Shown here one piece after another: positions 1 through 9,598 of a DNA stretch of 39,554 nt. The position numbers and the translations under genes are program-made. The notes beneath the pieces are model-generated. The model searched no databases. It saw only the letters and a list, made by a program, of their open reading frames with translations, and was not told the origin of the DNA. This DNA comes from Nanobdellota archaeon (lineage in GTDB: Archaea > Nanobdellota > Nanobdellia > Pacearchaeales > GW2011-AR1): NCBI GenBank assembly GCA_018817905.1, contig JAHISS010000107.1:1-39554 (forward strand), given 5' to 3'. The number at the start of each line of letters is the position of its first letter. Position 1 is the stretch's first letter.

Positions 1-70
1 CAACTTTGTTTTTTCTATAACCTTGTTTTACCGCAGACAATTTCTTACAAAATTGGCATTTTGTTTTCAT
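1..70 (-). CDS. First 23 codons of a CxxC zinc-ribbon protein gene leaving the window leftward; possibly the N-terminus of an IS-type transposase or InsA-like protein
   Basis: ATG at 68..70 on the minus strand, with GGAGGT (78..83) 7 nt upstream. It translates to MKTKCQFCKKLSAVKQGYRKNKV, the same peptide as at 39483..39554. Confidence 0.5.
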   Translation of the reverse strand, partial: MKTKCQFCKKLSAVKQGYRKNKV

Positions 71-139
71 AGAACATACCTCCTTATCAGAAGGTTAATC
101 TATCAGATTATATAAATCTGACGTTAATTGGACAGTATC
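1..139. repeat. Left copy of an inverted repeat of at least 139 nt (partner 39414..39552); runs off the window edge
   Basis: The reverse complement of 1..139 aligns gap-free to 39414..39552 (about 125/139). The inner 31 nt (109..139) are identical, the next 38 nt match 25/38, and the 70-nt coding part matches 69/70. Confidence 0.9.
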
Positions 140-993
140 CCCAACGCCTCAGCAATAACCCCTGAAACATCAATCCTGCTGAATTTATTTTCAATTGCGT
201 TTGTCGTTATTAAGCTTGCGTGTTTTCTGATTCTTTTTGCTGCGTCGCCTACGAGAACTCCGTGGACTCCGATGACTGTCACTTTTTCAGCTCCGTGATG
301 CTTTGCAACTTTTATTGTTTCAAGGATTGTGTTTCCTGTCCCGATTATGTCGTCTATGATTATTGTGTTTTTTCCGAGGGGCTTGCTTTGGATTTTTACT
401 TTTTCCCAAGTGAACCGCGTTTTTTTGAGAATTGTCGCTTGTTTACCGAGTAAGTTTGCTATGCGTTGAGCCCATTGTCTGCTTTCTTTGTCAGGTCCGA
501 CAATTGTGAACGGCTCTTTGAAATTCTTTTTGATATATTCAGCGATTAAATTATTTGCCGAAAGCTTTTCAAAATTCTTTCCGATTTGCTTGATGTTTTT
601 TATTCGTTGCAGGTGGGGGTCAATTATCAGGATTTTATCAAAGTTTTTTAGTAAAGGTGAAATGTATTTTATTGAAAAGGAATCAAAGTTTTCGAAATGT
701 GTATCTTGCCGAAGATAAGGGAAATAAGGAGCAGCCAAAATAATTTTTTTTGCCCCGAAATCCTTGGCAATTCCTGCTGCGAGAATTGTTTCAATCAATC
801 GATTATTTTGGTCTCTTGAAAACGAGTTGAAAATAACAACTGTTTTATTCTTTGGAGACGTTTTGAATTTCACGTAAGATTCTTCATCCGGAAAATCTTT
901 GACTTGAATTTCTTCGCAAGGCGTTTTTATTTGTTTAGCAACTAATTTCGCAAGAGTTTTTGTTGCGGGGAATGTTAGGATTAGAGTTGACAT
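124..993 (-). CDS. prs: Ribose-phosphate pyrophosphokinase (PRPP synthetase)
   Basis: 289-aa ORF with the PRPP-binding loop IIIDDIIGTGNTI, a DPHL motif and a length typical of archaeal Prs. The last four codons plus the stop (ILSN*) lie inside the terminal inverted repeat. Confidence 0.85.
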   Translation of the reverse strand: MSTLILTFPATKTLAKLVAKQIKTPCEEIQVKDFPDEESYVKFKTSPKNKTVVIFNSFSRDQNNRLIETILAAGIAKDFGAKKIILAAPYFPYLRQDTHFENFDSFSIKYISPLLKNFDKILIIDPHLQRIKNIKQIGKNFEKLSANNLIAEYIKKNFKEPFTIVGPDKESRQWAQRIANLLGKQATILKKTRFTWEKVKIQSKPLGKNTIIIDDIIGTGNTILETIKVAKHHGAEKVTVIGVHGVLVGDAAKRIRKHASLITTNAIENKFSRIDVSGVIAEALGILSN

Positions 994-994
994 T

Positions 995-1630
995 TTAGGA
1001 TTTACAAAGCCTATTCAATTTTTTAAAAGCTTGCTTTGGATTTTTTGATTTGGAAACGTATGAACCAATGTTAGCGTAATTGACGCCCGCTTTTGCAAGT
1101 TTTGGGATTATTCTCGGAGATGCGCCGCCGTCGACCTGGATTTTTATTTTTTTGTTTGTTTTTCTAAGAGCTTTTATTTTTTCAAGAGTCTTTGGGTTAA
1201 AGGAAACTCCTTCAACTCCGGGCGTGTGGCCCATGAAAAGGAGAACGTCTGCGAGGTTGGAAAGTTCTATGATTTTTTTTATTGGAGCATTAGGGTTAAA
1301 CGCAATCCCTGCTGTGAGATTTAGGGATTTTATTTGGTTTAGGATTTTTTCGGGATTTTTTGTAGCTTCGAAATGAAAGAAGATTTTTTTGAAACCTTTT
1401 TGTTTCAATGTTGAGAGATATTTTTCTGGATGCAGGCACATTAAGTGAGCTTCGAAATTGTTTTTGAACTTGGCAAGGTTTGGGATATCACGAGGTTGGA
1501 TTGATTTTGCTTTTACGAATTTTCCGTCCATGAAGTCTATTTGGATATTTTTTGAAATCGGCAAGATTTTTTTGAATCTTTCTTCGAATTCTTTTTTGTT
1601 GTGGGCGAAAATTGTTGGGATTAGTTTCAT
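995..1630 (-). CDS. rpe: Ribulose-phosphate 3-epimerase
   Basis: The ORF runs to 1840, but family similarity begins at Met71 (ATG 1628..1630). Motifs: IDFMDGKFV, AHLM, FHFEA, FNPNAP, MGHTPGVEGVSF, QVDGG. Confidence 0.75.
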   Translation of the reverse strand: MKLIPTIFAHNKKEFEERFKKILPISKNIQIDFMDGKFVKAKSIQPRDIPNLAKFKNNFEAHLMCLHPEKYLSTLKQKGFKKIFFHFEATKNPEKILNQIKSLNLTAGIAFNPNAPIKKIIELSNLADVLLFMGHTPGVEGVSFNPKTLEKIKALRKTNKKIKIQVDGGASPRIIPKLAKAGVNYANIGSYVSKSKNPKQAFKKLNRLCKS

Positions 1631-1781
1631 TTTCCGATCTTCCTTAAGATTATCATATAAACCAGAGTCGATTGGGATATGTGCTGTTGATGGCGATTGT
1701 CTTTTAATTTTACTTGCTGCGACTGGGAGTTTTACTGTTAAATTTCTTTTTTGTTGGTTTGGTAGTGCTGGCATTTTTGTT

Positions 1782-2237
1782 TTAGGGAAGAGTAGTCCAT
1801 TTTCCAATCTTCCTAATCCTGCGTTTATGTCTCTCCTCATTCGAGAAAGGAGTTTTCAACCAAATTGAAATAATCTTTTTTGTTTTTTCAAATGAAAAGT
1901 TTTTGGCGCGCAGGGCAAGGATATTTGTGTTGTTGTGTTCGCGAGAAAACCTTGCGGTGAATGCGTCGTAAGCTGTGACTGCCCGGATTCCTCTGAATTT
2001 GTTTGCTGCGATTGCCATGCCAACTCCAGAACTACAAACTAAAATTCCTTTCGAGTTTTTATTTTTTGAAACCTTTCTCGCAACTTTTGACGCAAAGTCA
2101 GGATAGTCGTCTTTAGGATTGTAAGAAAAAGGTCCGAGGTCTTCAACTTGATGCAGCTTTTGCAGATAAGTCTTGAGTTTTTCTTTTAGTTTGAAGCCGG
2201 CGTGGTCTGATGCGAGAAAAATATCTACCTCTTTCAT
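1782..2237 (-). CDS. rpiB: Ribose-5-phosphate isomerase B (RpiB/LacAB family)
   Basis: 151 aa with SDHAGFKLKE, CSSGVGMAIAANK, REHNNTNILAL and a C-terminal RHKRRIRKI tail. Confidence 0.85.
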   Translation of the reverse strand: MKEVDIFLASDHAGFKLKEKLKTYLQKLHQVEDLGPFSYNPKDDYPDFASKVARKVSKNKNSKGILVCSSGVGMAIAANKFRGIRAVTAYDAFTARFSREHNNTNILALRAKNFSFEKTKKIISIWLKTPFSNEERHKRRIRKIGKWTTLP

Positions 2238-2275
2238 GTTGAAAGTATGTTGAAGGAATTTATAATGGTTTTGTT

Positions 2276-2608
2276 TTAGTTTCTAAGGAGTTCACAGATT
2301 CTTTCTATGACTTCGTTAATCTTTTCCTGCTTTAGTGAACCAGCTTTGTACTCAATCAGAGAATAATCTCCTGTGAATAGATTAAGTGGTCTGACAAAGC
2401 TGTTTTGTTTTAACTTGCCTTTGTTAAAGTCTTCTTCTCGGATTGGCATTTTCTGTTTGTCATTGTAGGGGTTGCTTGTTATTTGACAAAGAAGAATATC
2501 TTCTCCTCCCAAATCTAATAGAACTAATGCTGGACGTTTTTCTACTCCTGTCAAATCAGAAAAAGGAAAATGTATTATTACAACATCTCCCTTCACAAAT
2601 CTTTCCAT
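2276..2608 (-). CDS. PemK/MazF-family type II toxin (mRNA interferase)
   Basis: 110 aa. N-terminus VKGDVVIIHFPFSDLTGVEKRPALVL followed by CQITS, typical of PemK/MazF. It overlaps the upstream small gene by 16 nt. Confidence 0.75.
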   Translation of the reverse strand: MERFVKGDVVIIHFPFSDLTGVEKRPALVLLDLGGEDILLCQITSNPYNDKQKMPIREEDFNKGKLKQNSFVRPLNLFTGDYSLIEYKAGSLKQEKINEVIERICELLRN

Positions 2609-2790
2609 GCCTCAGTCTCCTCAGGAGTGAGCCAATCCTTTGCTAAAGATTTTTCTGACAAAAGCGCGGTAACTGGAATGCCAGACTCTTTTTCTTCTTC
2701 TACAGTTATAACTAAATGATTTAATTTTTCTTCAATTGTTTTCATCTTCAGGTATAACATTTCTAAAGTTACATTTCTTTGCATTTCCAT
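2593..2790 (-). CDS. Cognate antitoxin (small acidic protein)
   Basis: 65 aa counted from ATG 2788..2790; the ORF track extends to 2844. The C-terminal LSEKSLAKDWLTPEETEAWKDL tail is of the type seen upstream of PemK toxins. A TATA-like element is centred about 26 nt upstream of this ATG. Confidence 0.5.
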   Translation of the reverse strand: MEMQRNVTLEMLYLKMKTIEEKLNHLVITVEEEKESGIPVTALLSEKSLAKDWLTPEETEAWKDL

Positions 2791-2811
2791 GATTTTTGAG
2801 GGGAATTTGTG

Positions 2812-2821
2812 TTTATAAAAA
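2812..2821 (-). promoter_or_regulatory. TATA-like box for the antitoxin-toxin operon
   Basis: The minus strand reads TTTTTATAAA, centred about 26 nt upstream of ATG 2790. Confidence 0.45.
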
Positions 2822-2850
2822 TTCCTATTGTTTTGTTTTAGCACAAAAAC

Positions 2851-2858
2851 TATTTAAT
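2851..2858 (+). promoter_or_regulatory. TATA-like box for the SpoIIM-like gene
   Basis: TATTTAAT centred about 25.5 nt upstream of ATG 2880. Confidence 0.4.
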
Positions 2859-2879
2859 CTCCAATTCCCTGTTATCAAA

Positions 2880-3737
2880 ATGTTAGAAATGTTAATCAAC
2901 CCGAAGAAGGCGGAGAGGCGGCCTTGGGAGATGTTTTTCGTCGGGGCGTTTTACGCGAGCTTGGCGGTTTTGCTGGTTGATTGGGTTTTTTCGCAAGATG
3001 CTGTTCTTGTCAAAAGTTCTGGGATATTGGTTGTGTTATTCACTGTTTTGTTTTCTCTTCCTTTTATTTATTACACGATTAGATTAGAAGAAACAAAAAT
3101 AGAAAAAGGTCGTGGCAGTTGGCAGTTGTTGAAAGACCATCGGCATGCGATATATACGTTTCTCTGGCTTTTTGTTGGTTTTACTGTTGCTTTTGCGTTT
3201 TGGTATAGTCTGCTTCCGACGACTCAAAGTTTTCGGGCGCAGATAGAAACATACTGCATGATAAACCGGCCTGGCGATTTTGACCAGTGTGTCAGAGATT
3301 ATGGAATTAAGGACACAACGCAGGTTACACCTTTTTTAACTAACAAAGAAAGATTGTTTTTGATTTTCACTAATAATATGTATGTTCTCCTTTTCACGTT
3401 GGTTTTTTCTTTGATTTTCGGGGCTGGCGTGATTTTTATTTTGGCGTGGAACGCGAGCGTTATAGGGGCGGCGATTGGAATCTTTACAGATTACAAGATT
3501 GCTGCTCTGCCGCTTGGCTTGTTGAGATTTTTCCTTCATGGAATTTTTGAAATCGGTTCGTATTTCATAATTGCGCTTGCCGGAGGAATGGTTTCTGTTG
3601 CAATCATCAGACATGAAACTGGAACTGAAAAATTCTGGGAAGTTTTGCAGGATTCTCTTAACTTAATTATTCTCTCTGTTGTAATTCTTTTTGTAGCAGC
3701 ACTGATTGAGGTTTTTGTAACTCCGTTGTTGTTTTAG
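2880..3737 (+). CDS. SpoIIM/DUF95-family integral membrane protein
   Basis: Multi-pass hydrophobic protein with FTNNMYVLL, AWNASVIGAAIG and FLHGIFEIGSYFI motifs. The start is set at MLEMLINPKK (2880) rather than the ORF-track 2796. Confidence 0.6.
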   Translation: MLEMLINPKKAERRPWEMFFVGAFYASLAVLLVDWVFSQDAVLVKSSGILVVLFTVLFSLPFIYYTIRLEETKIEKGRGSWQLLKDHRHAIYTFLWLFVGFTVAFAFWYSLLPTTQSFRAQIETYCMINRPGDFDQCVRDYGIKDTTQVTPFLTNKERLFLIFTNNMYVLLFTLVFSLIFGAGVIFILAWNASVIGAAIGIFTDYKIAALPLGLLRFFLHGIFEIGSYFIIALAGGMVSVAIIRHETGTEKFWEVLQDSLNLIILSVVILFVAALIEVFVTPLLF

Positions 3738-3749
3738 ATGCATGAAAAG

Positions 3750-3758
3750 TTTATATAA
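3750..3758 (+). promoter_or_regulatory. TATA-like box upstream of aglB
   Basis: AAAAG-TTTATATAA lies about 31 nt before ATG 3789. GAAGGT (3777..3782) is a possible Shine-Dalgarno sequence. Confidence 0.4.
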
Positions 3759-3788
3759 TGCTGTTTTTATCTGTTAGAAGGTTAAAAG

Positions 3789-6536
3789 ATGGAAGAAGAA
3801 ACAGGGGAAATTCTTGAGGACAAAACCGCTGGGATTGTTTCAGACGAGGAAGTCCTGCGAATAAGAAAAGACAAAATTGTTAAGTTTTTCAAGACCAATT
3901 ATAACTGGCTTGTCTATGTTGGGCTGGCGATTGTTACTTATCTTGCTGTTAAAATAAGGACGAGCAATCTTGCTGGATTAAGGGACGTAACAACTGGGAC
4001 GTGGACGCTTGGACCTGACTTGGATCCTTTCTTTTTTCTCAGACTTGCTCAATATATCGTTGAACATGGGCATCTGATGGCTGTGGACATGATGCGATAT
4101 GTGCCGCGCGGTTTTGACATGAGCGGAGAGTATTTGCTGCATCCTTACATGATGGCCTGGTTTCATAATTATCTCGGGCCGCTGTTGGGGACAGAATCTG
4201 TGACTCATTCAGCTGTTTTGTATCCTTCTTTTATGTTTGCTTTGACTGTGATAGCATTTTTCTTTATGACAAAAAAGATTTTTGTTGAGAGCCTTGGAGA
4301 AAAAAAGGCAAATATTATTGCACTGATTGCTTCGTTTTTTCTTTCTGTAATTCCATCGCTTTTACCTAGAACAATTGCGGGAATACCTGAAAAAGAATCT
4401 GCTGCGTTCCTCTTTTTGTTCCTGTCGTTTTACTTTTTCTTGTCAGCATGGAAATCTAAAAGCAGATCTTGGGGCTATGTTTGTGCTGTCTTGGCTGGCG
4501 CAGCTACTGCTGCAATGGCAAACATTTGGGGCGGATATATCTTTATCTTTCTGACTATTGCCCCAGTTATCTTTTTTGCATTTATCTTTGGGAAAGTTGA
4601 TAAAGGTAAATTTTTAGTTTATTCGACTTGGTTATTTTCTTCATTTGTCTTGATGGCTTTAACAAAATTTGACGTTAAGAGCTTGGTCAGTTCTGTTTCA
4701 ACTGGTCCTGCTACAGTTGTTTTTTTTGTTATTGCCATTCATTTTTTGTTGTTTGGCACAAACCTCAAGAAACATTTTGAATCAGGTAGATTTTCTAAAA
4801 TCCCGCCAAGGATTGCATCAACTTTGGTTACGGTGATTGTTTTGATTTTATTGGCGAGCGTTATTTTTGGACCATTGTTTATTCCATCCAAGCTTGGTGC
4901 GATAAAAGATAGTCTTGTTAAACCTGCGACCAGCAGATTGATTCAAACTGTTGCAGAAAACAGACAGCCGTATTTTACAGAATGGGAAAGCAATTTTGGG
5001 CCGCATGTGCGTGGTGCTGCTTTAACTTTTTGGTTGTTCTTTTTTGGTTCGGCGTATTTGTTTAATTTTATGATTTCTTCTTTAAAGAAGAAAGAAAGAT
5101 GGATTCTGAATTCTGCTTACTTAATTCTTTTAACAACTGTAATTTTTAGCAGGTATTCTTCCGGCAGCACTTTGAACGGAGAGAACTTTTTTAGCTTGTT
5201 TGTTTACGGGATGGGTTTTATTGTTTTTATTGGAGCTGCAGGGTTTTATTACTACAAGTACCATAAAGAAGGAAGGTTAGAACGGTTAAAACAAATAGAC
5301 CTGAGTTTGATGCTTGTGTTTTCCCTCTTCTTTTTGTGTATTGTAGCTGCGAGGTCTGCAGTCAGAACAATAATGATGCTGGTTCCTCCTGCTTCGATAA
5401 TTGTTTCATATTTTGTTGTGGCTGCTTACAGTGATGCGCGAAAAGTTAAAGACCATACCTGGAAAATTTTAGCTTGGTGCGCAGTCGTCTTAATCATTAT
5501 TAGTACTTTGTTTGCAGGTTATGGATTTTACAAAAGTGTCAGCGCCCAAGCTCCAAACCATGTGCCTTCGATTTACACGCAGCAATGGCAAAAGGCAATG
5601 GGCTGGGTCAGGGAAAACACTCCGGAGAATGCGGTCTTTGGTCATTGGTGGGATTACGGATATTGGCTACAGACAATGGGCGAGAGAGCGACTGTTTTAG
5701 ACGGAGGAAATGCAATAGCTTACTGGAATCATATGATGGGGAGATATGCCCTTACCGGGACAAATGAAACAGAGGCTTTGGAATTTTTGTATGCACATAA
5801 CACAACGCATTTTTTGATAGATTCAACAGATATTGGAAAGTATTCTGCATTTTCTTCAATTGGTTCTGATGCTAATTATGACAGGGCGAGCTATATCCCT
5901 ACATTTATCAGAGACAGTGGGCAAATGCAAGAAAAAAAGAATTCAACTGTTTTTGTTTACTCTGGAGGGGTTGGACTGGATGAAGATGTGATTTATGAAG
6001 AAAATGGAACAAGAGTATTTTTACCAGCTGGCAAGGCAGGTCTTGGCGCAATCTTTGTAGAAAAAGAATCTTTGGAAGGAGAGGTCATCGAACAGCCAAG
6101 GGGAATATTTGTTTACCAAGGGCAGCAATACAATCTGCCTTTCCGATATGCTTTTGATGGCGAGTTCAAAGATTTTGGTTCTGGGATTGAGGCAGGGATA
6201 TTTTTAATGCCCTCTATCGAAACCTCTGGGGGCGGTTTGGGAATTGAACCAGATGGAGCGCTTCTTTACCTAAGCAAGAGAACTGTGAACTCTCAGCTTG
6301 CAAAGATTTATTTGTATGAACTTGATAGTTCTTACTTTAAACTTGTTCATTCAGAAGATGATTTTGTTGTTGGCCAGATAAAGGGACAGATTGCTGGATT
6401 TGATTCTGACATCGTTTACTATCAAGGAGTTCGGGGGCCAATAAGAATCTGGGAAATTGATTATCCTGATGACATGAAAGTTGAAGAGAGATTTTTAGAC
6501 ACTAATTATCCTAAAGAAATAGCGTATGCAACATGA
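3789..6536 (+). CDS. aglB: Archaeal oligosaccharyltransferase (STT3 family, GT66)
   Basis: 915 aa with a long multi-TM N-terminal half and a soluble C-terminal half. The catalytic WWDYG motif is encoded in frame at 5646..5660 (FGHWWDYGYW). Confidence 0.9.
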   Translation: MEEETGEILEDKTAGIVSDEEVLRIRKDKIVKFFKTNYNWLVYVGLAIVTYLAVKIRTSNLAGLRDVTTGTWTLGPDLDPFFFLRLAQYIVEHGHLMAVDMMRYVPRGFDMSGEYLLHPYMMAWFHNYLGPLLGTESVTHSAVLYPSFMFALTVIAFFFMTKKIFVESLGEKKANIIALIASFFLSVIPSLLPRTIAGIPEKESAAFLFLFLSFYFFLSAWKSKSRSWGYVCAVLAGAATAAMANIWGGYIFIFLTIAPVIFFAFIFGKVDKGKFLVYSTWLFSSFVLMALTKFDVKSLVSSVSTGPATVVFFVIAIHFLLFGTNLKKHFESGRFSKIPPRIASTLVTVIVLILLASVIFGPLFIPSKLGAIKDSLVKPATSRLIQTVAENRQPYFTEWESNFGPHVRGAALTFWLFFFGSAYLFNFMISSLKKKERWILNSAYLILLTTVIFSRYSSGSTLNGENFFSLFVYGMGFIVFIGAAGFYYYKYHKEGRLERLKQIDLSLMLVFSLFFLCIVAARSAVRTIMMLVPPASIIVSYFVVAAYSDARKVKDHTWKILAWCAVVLIIISTLFAGYGFYKSVSAQAPNHVPSIYTQQWQKAMGWVRENTPENAVFGHWWDYGYWLQTMGERATVLDGGNAIAYWNHMMGRYALTGTNETEALEFLYAHNTTHFLIDSTDIGKYSAFSSIGSDANYDRASYIPTFIRDSGQMQEKKNSTVFVYSGGVGLDEDVIYEENGTRVFLPAGKAGLGAIFVEKESLEGEVIEQPRGIFVYQGQQYNLPFRYAFDGEFKDFGSGIEAGIFLMPSIETSGGGLGIEPDGALLYLSKRTVNSQLAKIYLYELDSSYFKLVHSEDDFVVGQIKGQIAGFDSDIVYYQGVRGPIRIWEIDYPDDMKVEERFLDTNYPKEIAYAT

Positions 6537-7543
6537 ACGATTATATTTTGATTCTCCCAATCTTGGCAAGTTTTTTTGTAACTTTGTTTTTGATTCCCTC
6601 TTGGATAAAGCGAGCAAAAAAGGCAGGTTTGGTTGGGAAAGATGTTAATAAGATTAATGGAAAGGAAATTGCTGAAGCAGGCGGGGTTACAGTTGTTTCT
6701 GGATTTGCTATGGGTGTTTTAATTTATGTTTCAATAAGCACATTTATTTTCAAAAGGGCTGACAATTTTATTGAAATATTTTCATTAATGAGTTCTATAT
6801 TTTTTATAGCTTTTATAGCTTTTACTGACGATATCCTCGGTTGGAAAATTGGGTTAAGAAGAAGAACGCGCATAGTTCTTGTGGCCTTTGCTTCAATTCC
6901 TTTAATTGCGATAAACGCTGGGAAGAGCGCGATTTCTGTGCCGTTTTTTGGCGGAGTTGATTTGGGGATTATCTATCCATTGGTTTTGATACCTCTCGGT
7001 ATTGTTGGCGCTACAACAACATATAATTTTTTGGCAGGGTTTAATGGGCTGGAAGCTGGGCAGGGAGTGATTATTCTTTCAGCGCTGGCAATAGTTTCTT
7101 ATTTTACTGGGAGTTCTTGGATTGCAATTATCGCTTTGTGCATGGTTTCAGCGCTTTTGGCTTTTCTTATTTTTAATTTTTGTCCGGCTAAAGTTTTTCC
7201 AGGGGATTCTTTAACCTATCCAGTCGGGGGCTTGATAGCAATAATGGCTATTCTCGGAAACTTTGAAAAGATTGCAGTGTTTTTTTTCATTCCAGTTATA
7301 ATAGAGTTTATTTTGAAAGGTCGTGGAAAATATGTAAAACAGAGTTTTGGCAAACCAAATTCTGACGGAAGTTTAGATTTGAAATATGAAAAGATTTATA
7401 GCTTAAATCATCTGGCGATATTTTTGATGAAAAATCACGGTGTAAAGCCAACTGAAAAAAAAGTTGTTTTTTCTATTTGGGCTTTTCAATTGCTTGTTAT
7501 TTTAATTGGGTTTGCTATTTTTAGCGGAGGAATCTTTTTGTGA
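6533..7543 (+). CDS. Dolichyl-phosphate GlcNAc-1-phosphate transferase (MraY/WecA/GPT family, AglH-like)
   Basis: 336-aa polytopic protein with FTDDILG and NFLAGFNGLEAGQG motifs. Its ATGA overlaps the aglB stop. Confidence 0.8.
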   Translation: MNDYILILPILASFFVTLFLIPSWIKRAKKAGLVGKDVNKINGKEIAEAGGVTVVSGFAMGVLIYVSISTFIFKRADNFIEIFSLMSSIFFIAFIAFTDDILGWKIGLRRRTRIVLVAFASIPLIAINAGKSAISVPFFGGVDLGIIYPLVLIPLGIVGATTTYNFLAGFNGLEAGQGVIILSALAIVSYFTGSSWIAIIALCMVSALLAFLIFNFCPAKVFPGDSLTYPVGGLIAIMAILGNFEKIAVFFFIPVIIEFILKGRGKYVKQSFGKPNSDGSLDLKYEKIYSLNHLAIFLMKNHGVKPTEKKVVFSIWAFQLLVILIGFAIFSGGIFL

Positions 7544-8748
7544 GATTGAATAAAAGTTTAATAAAGGGAAGCCTTGTTTTGTTAATTTCCTTTAATTTGT
7601 TTAATGTTATAAATTTTGTTTTTCATTTTGGGATGGCGCGGTTGTTGAGCATTTCTGATTATGGGATTTTATTGACTTTATTTTCTATAATCTATCTTCT
7701 CGCTGTTTTTTCTGAGTCTATCCAACTGGTGATTGTCAAATACTCTTCAAGAGAGAACGATGGGGGGAAATTAAAAAATTTGCTGATGCGTTCTCTTAAA
7801 AAATCCTTCTTTGTTTCACTATTTTTGTTTGCTCTTTATTTGGTTTTAGCTGTGCCTTTTTCTTATTTGTTGAAGATTGAATACCCGCTTATGGCGCTAA
7901 ACGGTGTGATAATTATAACCCTTTTCCTGTCTCCGGTTAGCAGGGGAATACTGCAGGGCAAGAAGCGGTTTAAAGACCTCGGAGTTAACATGCTGATTGA
8001 GGCGATAATTAAATTGGCGCTGGCGCTTGCCTTCGTTTATATTGGGTGGAGAGTTTATGGCGCGATTTTAGGAACCTTCTTTGGCCTTTTAATCGCTTTC
8101 TTCTTATCTTTCATAAAGCTCGGAGACATCACAAAATCTAAGGAGAAACCGGCCTATGTTCAGGATATTTACAAATATTCAAAACCGGCCTTTGTTGTTA
8201 ATCTTGCAATTTTGCTTTTTTATAGCCTGGATGTTATAATTGCAAGAATTTTCTTTTCTGAAGTTGCTGCGGGGTCTTACGCAATTGTGTCGATTCTTGC
8301 TAAAACTATCTTCATGGGAACTCAGCCGATAAGTCGGGCAATGTTTCCGTTATCTGCCGAAAATAAATCTGGTAAGAAAAAGTCAGAAAACATTTTTCTA
8401 AATTCTTTTGCAATCACTTTTGCTGCTATCATTTCAGCACTTATCCTGTTTTACTTCTTTCCGGAGTTTATCGTGAAAATATTTTCTGGAAAAGAAATTG
8501 AAATGTCTTCTAATCTTTTATTCTATTTGGGGATAGCCATTGGTTTGCTTTCGTTGTCCAACCTCATTCTTCTTTACAAATTGTCGCTGGGGAAAATACG
8601 CGGTTGTGCATACCTGTTCTTTTTGATAATTGTTGAGGTATTTTTATTGAGTTTCTTCTCAAAAGACCTATTCCAGTTTTCAATCGCTTTTATTACTGCT
8701 GCGGCAATTTTTCTTTGGGGAGTTATATTTTTAGTCAGAGAACGATGA
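7540..8748 (+). CDS. Wzx/MOP-type oligosaccharide flippase (polysaccharide biosynthesis protein)
   Basis: 402 aa, about 10-12 predicted TM segments, N-terminal FHFGMARLLSISDYG. A GTG start overlaps the upstream stop (GTGA). Confidence 0.65.
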   Translation: MRLNKSLIKGSLVLLISFNLFNVINFVFHFGMARLLSISDYGILLTLFSIIYLLAVFSESIQLVIVKYSSRENDGGKLKNLLMRSLKKSFFVSLFLFALYLVLAVPFSYLLKIEYPLMALNGVIIITLFLSPVSRGILQGKKRFKDLGVNMLIEAIIKLALALAFVYIGWRVYGAILGTFFGLLIAFFLSFIKLGDITKSKEKPAYVQDIYKYSKPAFVVNLAILLFYSLDVIIARIFFSEVAAGSYAIVSILAKTIFMGTQPISRAMFPLSAENKSGKKKSENIFLNSFAITFAAIISALILFYFFPEFIVKIFSGKEIEMSSNLLFYLGIAIGLLSLSNLILLYKLSLGKIRGCAYLFFLIIVEVFLLSFFSKDLFQFSIAFITAAAIFLWGVIFLVRER

Positions 8749-8815
8749 TATTTTAAAATCAGAATAATCTTTCTATCCTAATTATATTTAAAACATAGGC
8801 AATGTGCTAACCTAC

Positions 8816-9598
8816 ATGCGCAAAATAGCCATTCTTATCCCAGCATATAATGAAGAAAAAAGAATTGGCAGGACATTAGATGCATATTCTGTATATTTTG
8901 AAAATCTCCGCGAAAACAACGTTTTAGATTATGAGATTTTAGTTGTTATCAATAACACGACTGATAGGACAGAAGAGATAGTGAAAAATGCGATCATGGA
9001 AAACGGAAGAATCGCTTATTTGAATTTAAAACCAGGGGGAAAGGGATTTGCTGTAATAGAAGGGTTTAAAGATGCATTAAAAAGAGAAAATGATTTGATT
9101 GGTTTTGTTGATGCTGATTTGGCTACGCGGCCGGAGGACTTCTATGATCTTATTAGACGGATTGGCGGGGCTGGTGGGGCAATCGCAAGTAGGTATGTTC
9201 CTGGAGCGAGAGTTCAACCAAAACAAAGTTGGCAGAGAGTGTTCGTTTCGAGGGCGTTTAATTTTTTTATCAGAAGTTTTTTATTTTTGCCTTACCGAGA
9301 CACACAATGCGGTGCTAAATTGTTTAAAAGGAAAGCTATAGAAAAGAGCGTCGGCAGATTAACAATGTCGCAATGGGCATTTGACGTTGATTTGATTTAC
9401 AGCGTTAGAAAAAGCGGGTTTAGTGTTCGAGAGGTTGCAACTAGATGGTCTGACCGGGAATACTCAAAGATTAATTTCTGGAAAGCAGGTCCTTTGATGG
9501 TTCTCGGAGTTATTAGACTAAGATTATTGAATTCTTCCTTGAGGGATTTTATAAGAATTTATGATAGATTGCTTAATTGGATAAAAAATAGAAAATGA
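8816..9598 (+). CDS. GT2 glycosyltransferase, dolichyl-phosphate hexose synthase-like (Alg5/Dpm1/AglD-like)
   Basis: ILIPAYNEEKRIGRTLD, VDADLAT and DTQCGAKLF motifs. ATG 8816 lies about 28 nt downstream of TATATTTA (8784..8791). Confidence 0.75.
   Translation: MRKIAILIPAYNEEKRIGRTLDAYSVYFENLRENNVLDYEILVVINNTTDRTEEIVKNAIMENGRIAYLNLKPGGKGFAVIEGFKDALKRENDLIGFVDADLATRPEDFYDLIRRIGGAGGAIASRYVPGARVQPKQSWQRVFVSRAFNFFIRSFLFLPYRDTQCGAKLFKRKAIEKSVGRLTMSQWAFDVDLIYSVRKSGFSVREVATRWSDREYSKINFWKAGPLMVLGVIRLRLLNSSLRDFIRIYDRLLNWIKNRK

Noticed and set aside
220-1868. ORF-track entries 220..453, 488..718, 1080..1376 and 1458..1868 on the plus strand
   Set aside because: They lie wholly antisense inside prs, rpe and rpiB. 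They are Phe/Leu/Ser/Cys-rich, as expected for the reverse frames of A-rich genes, and contain no recognisable motifs. They are shadow ORFs.
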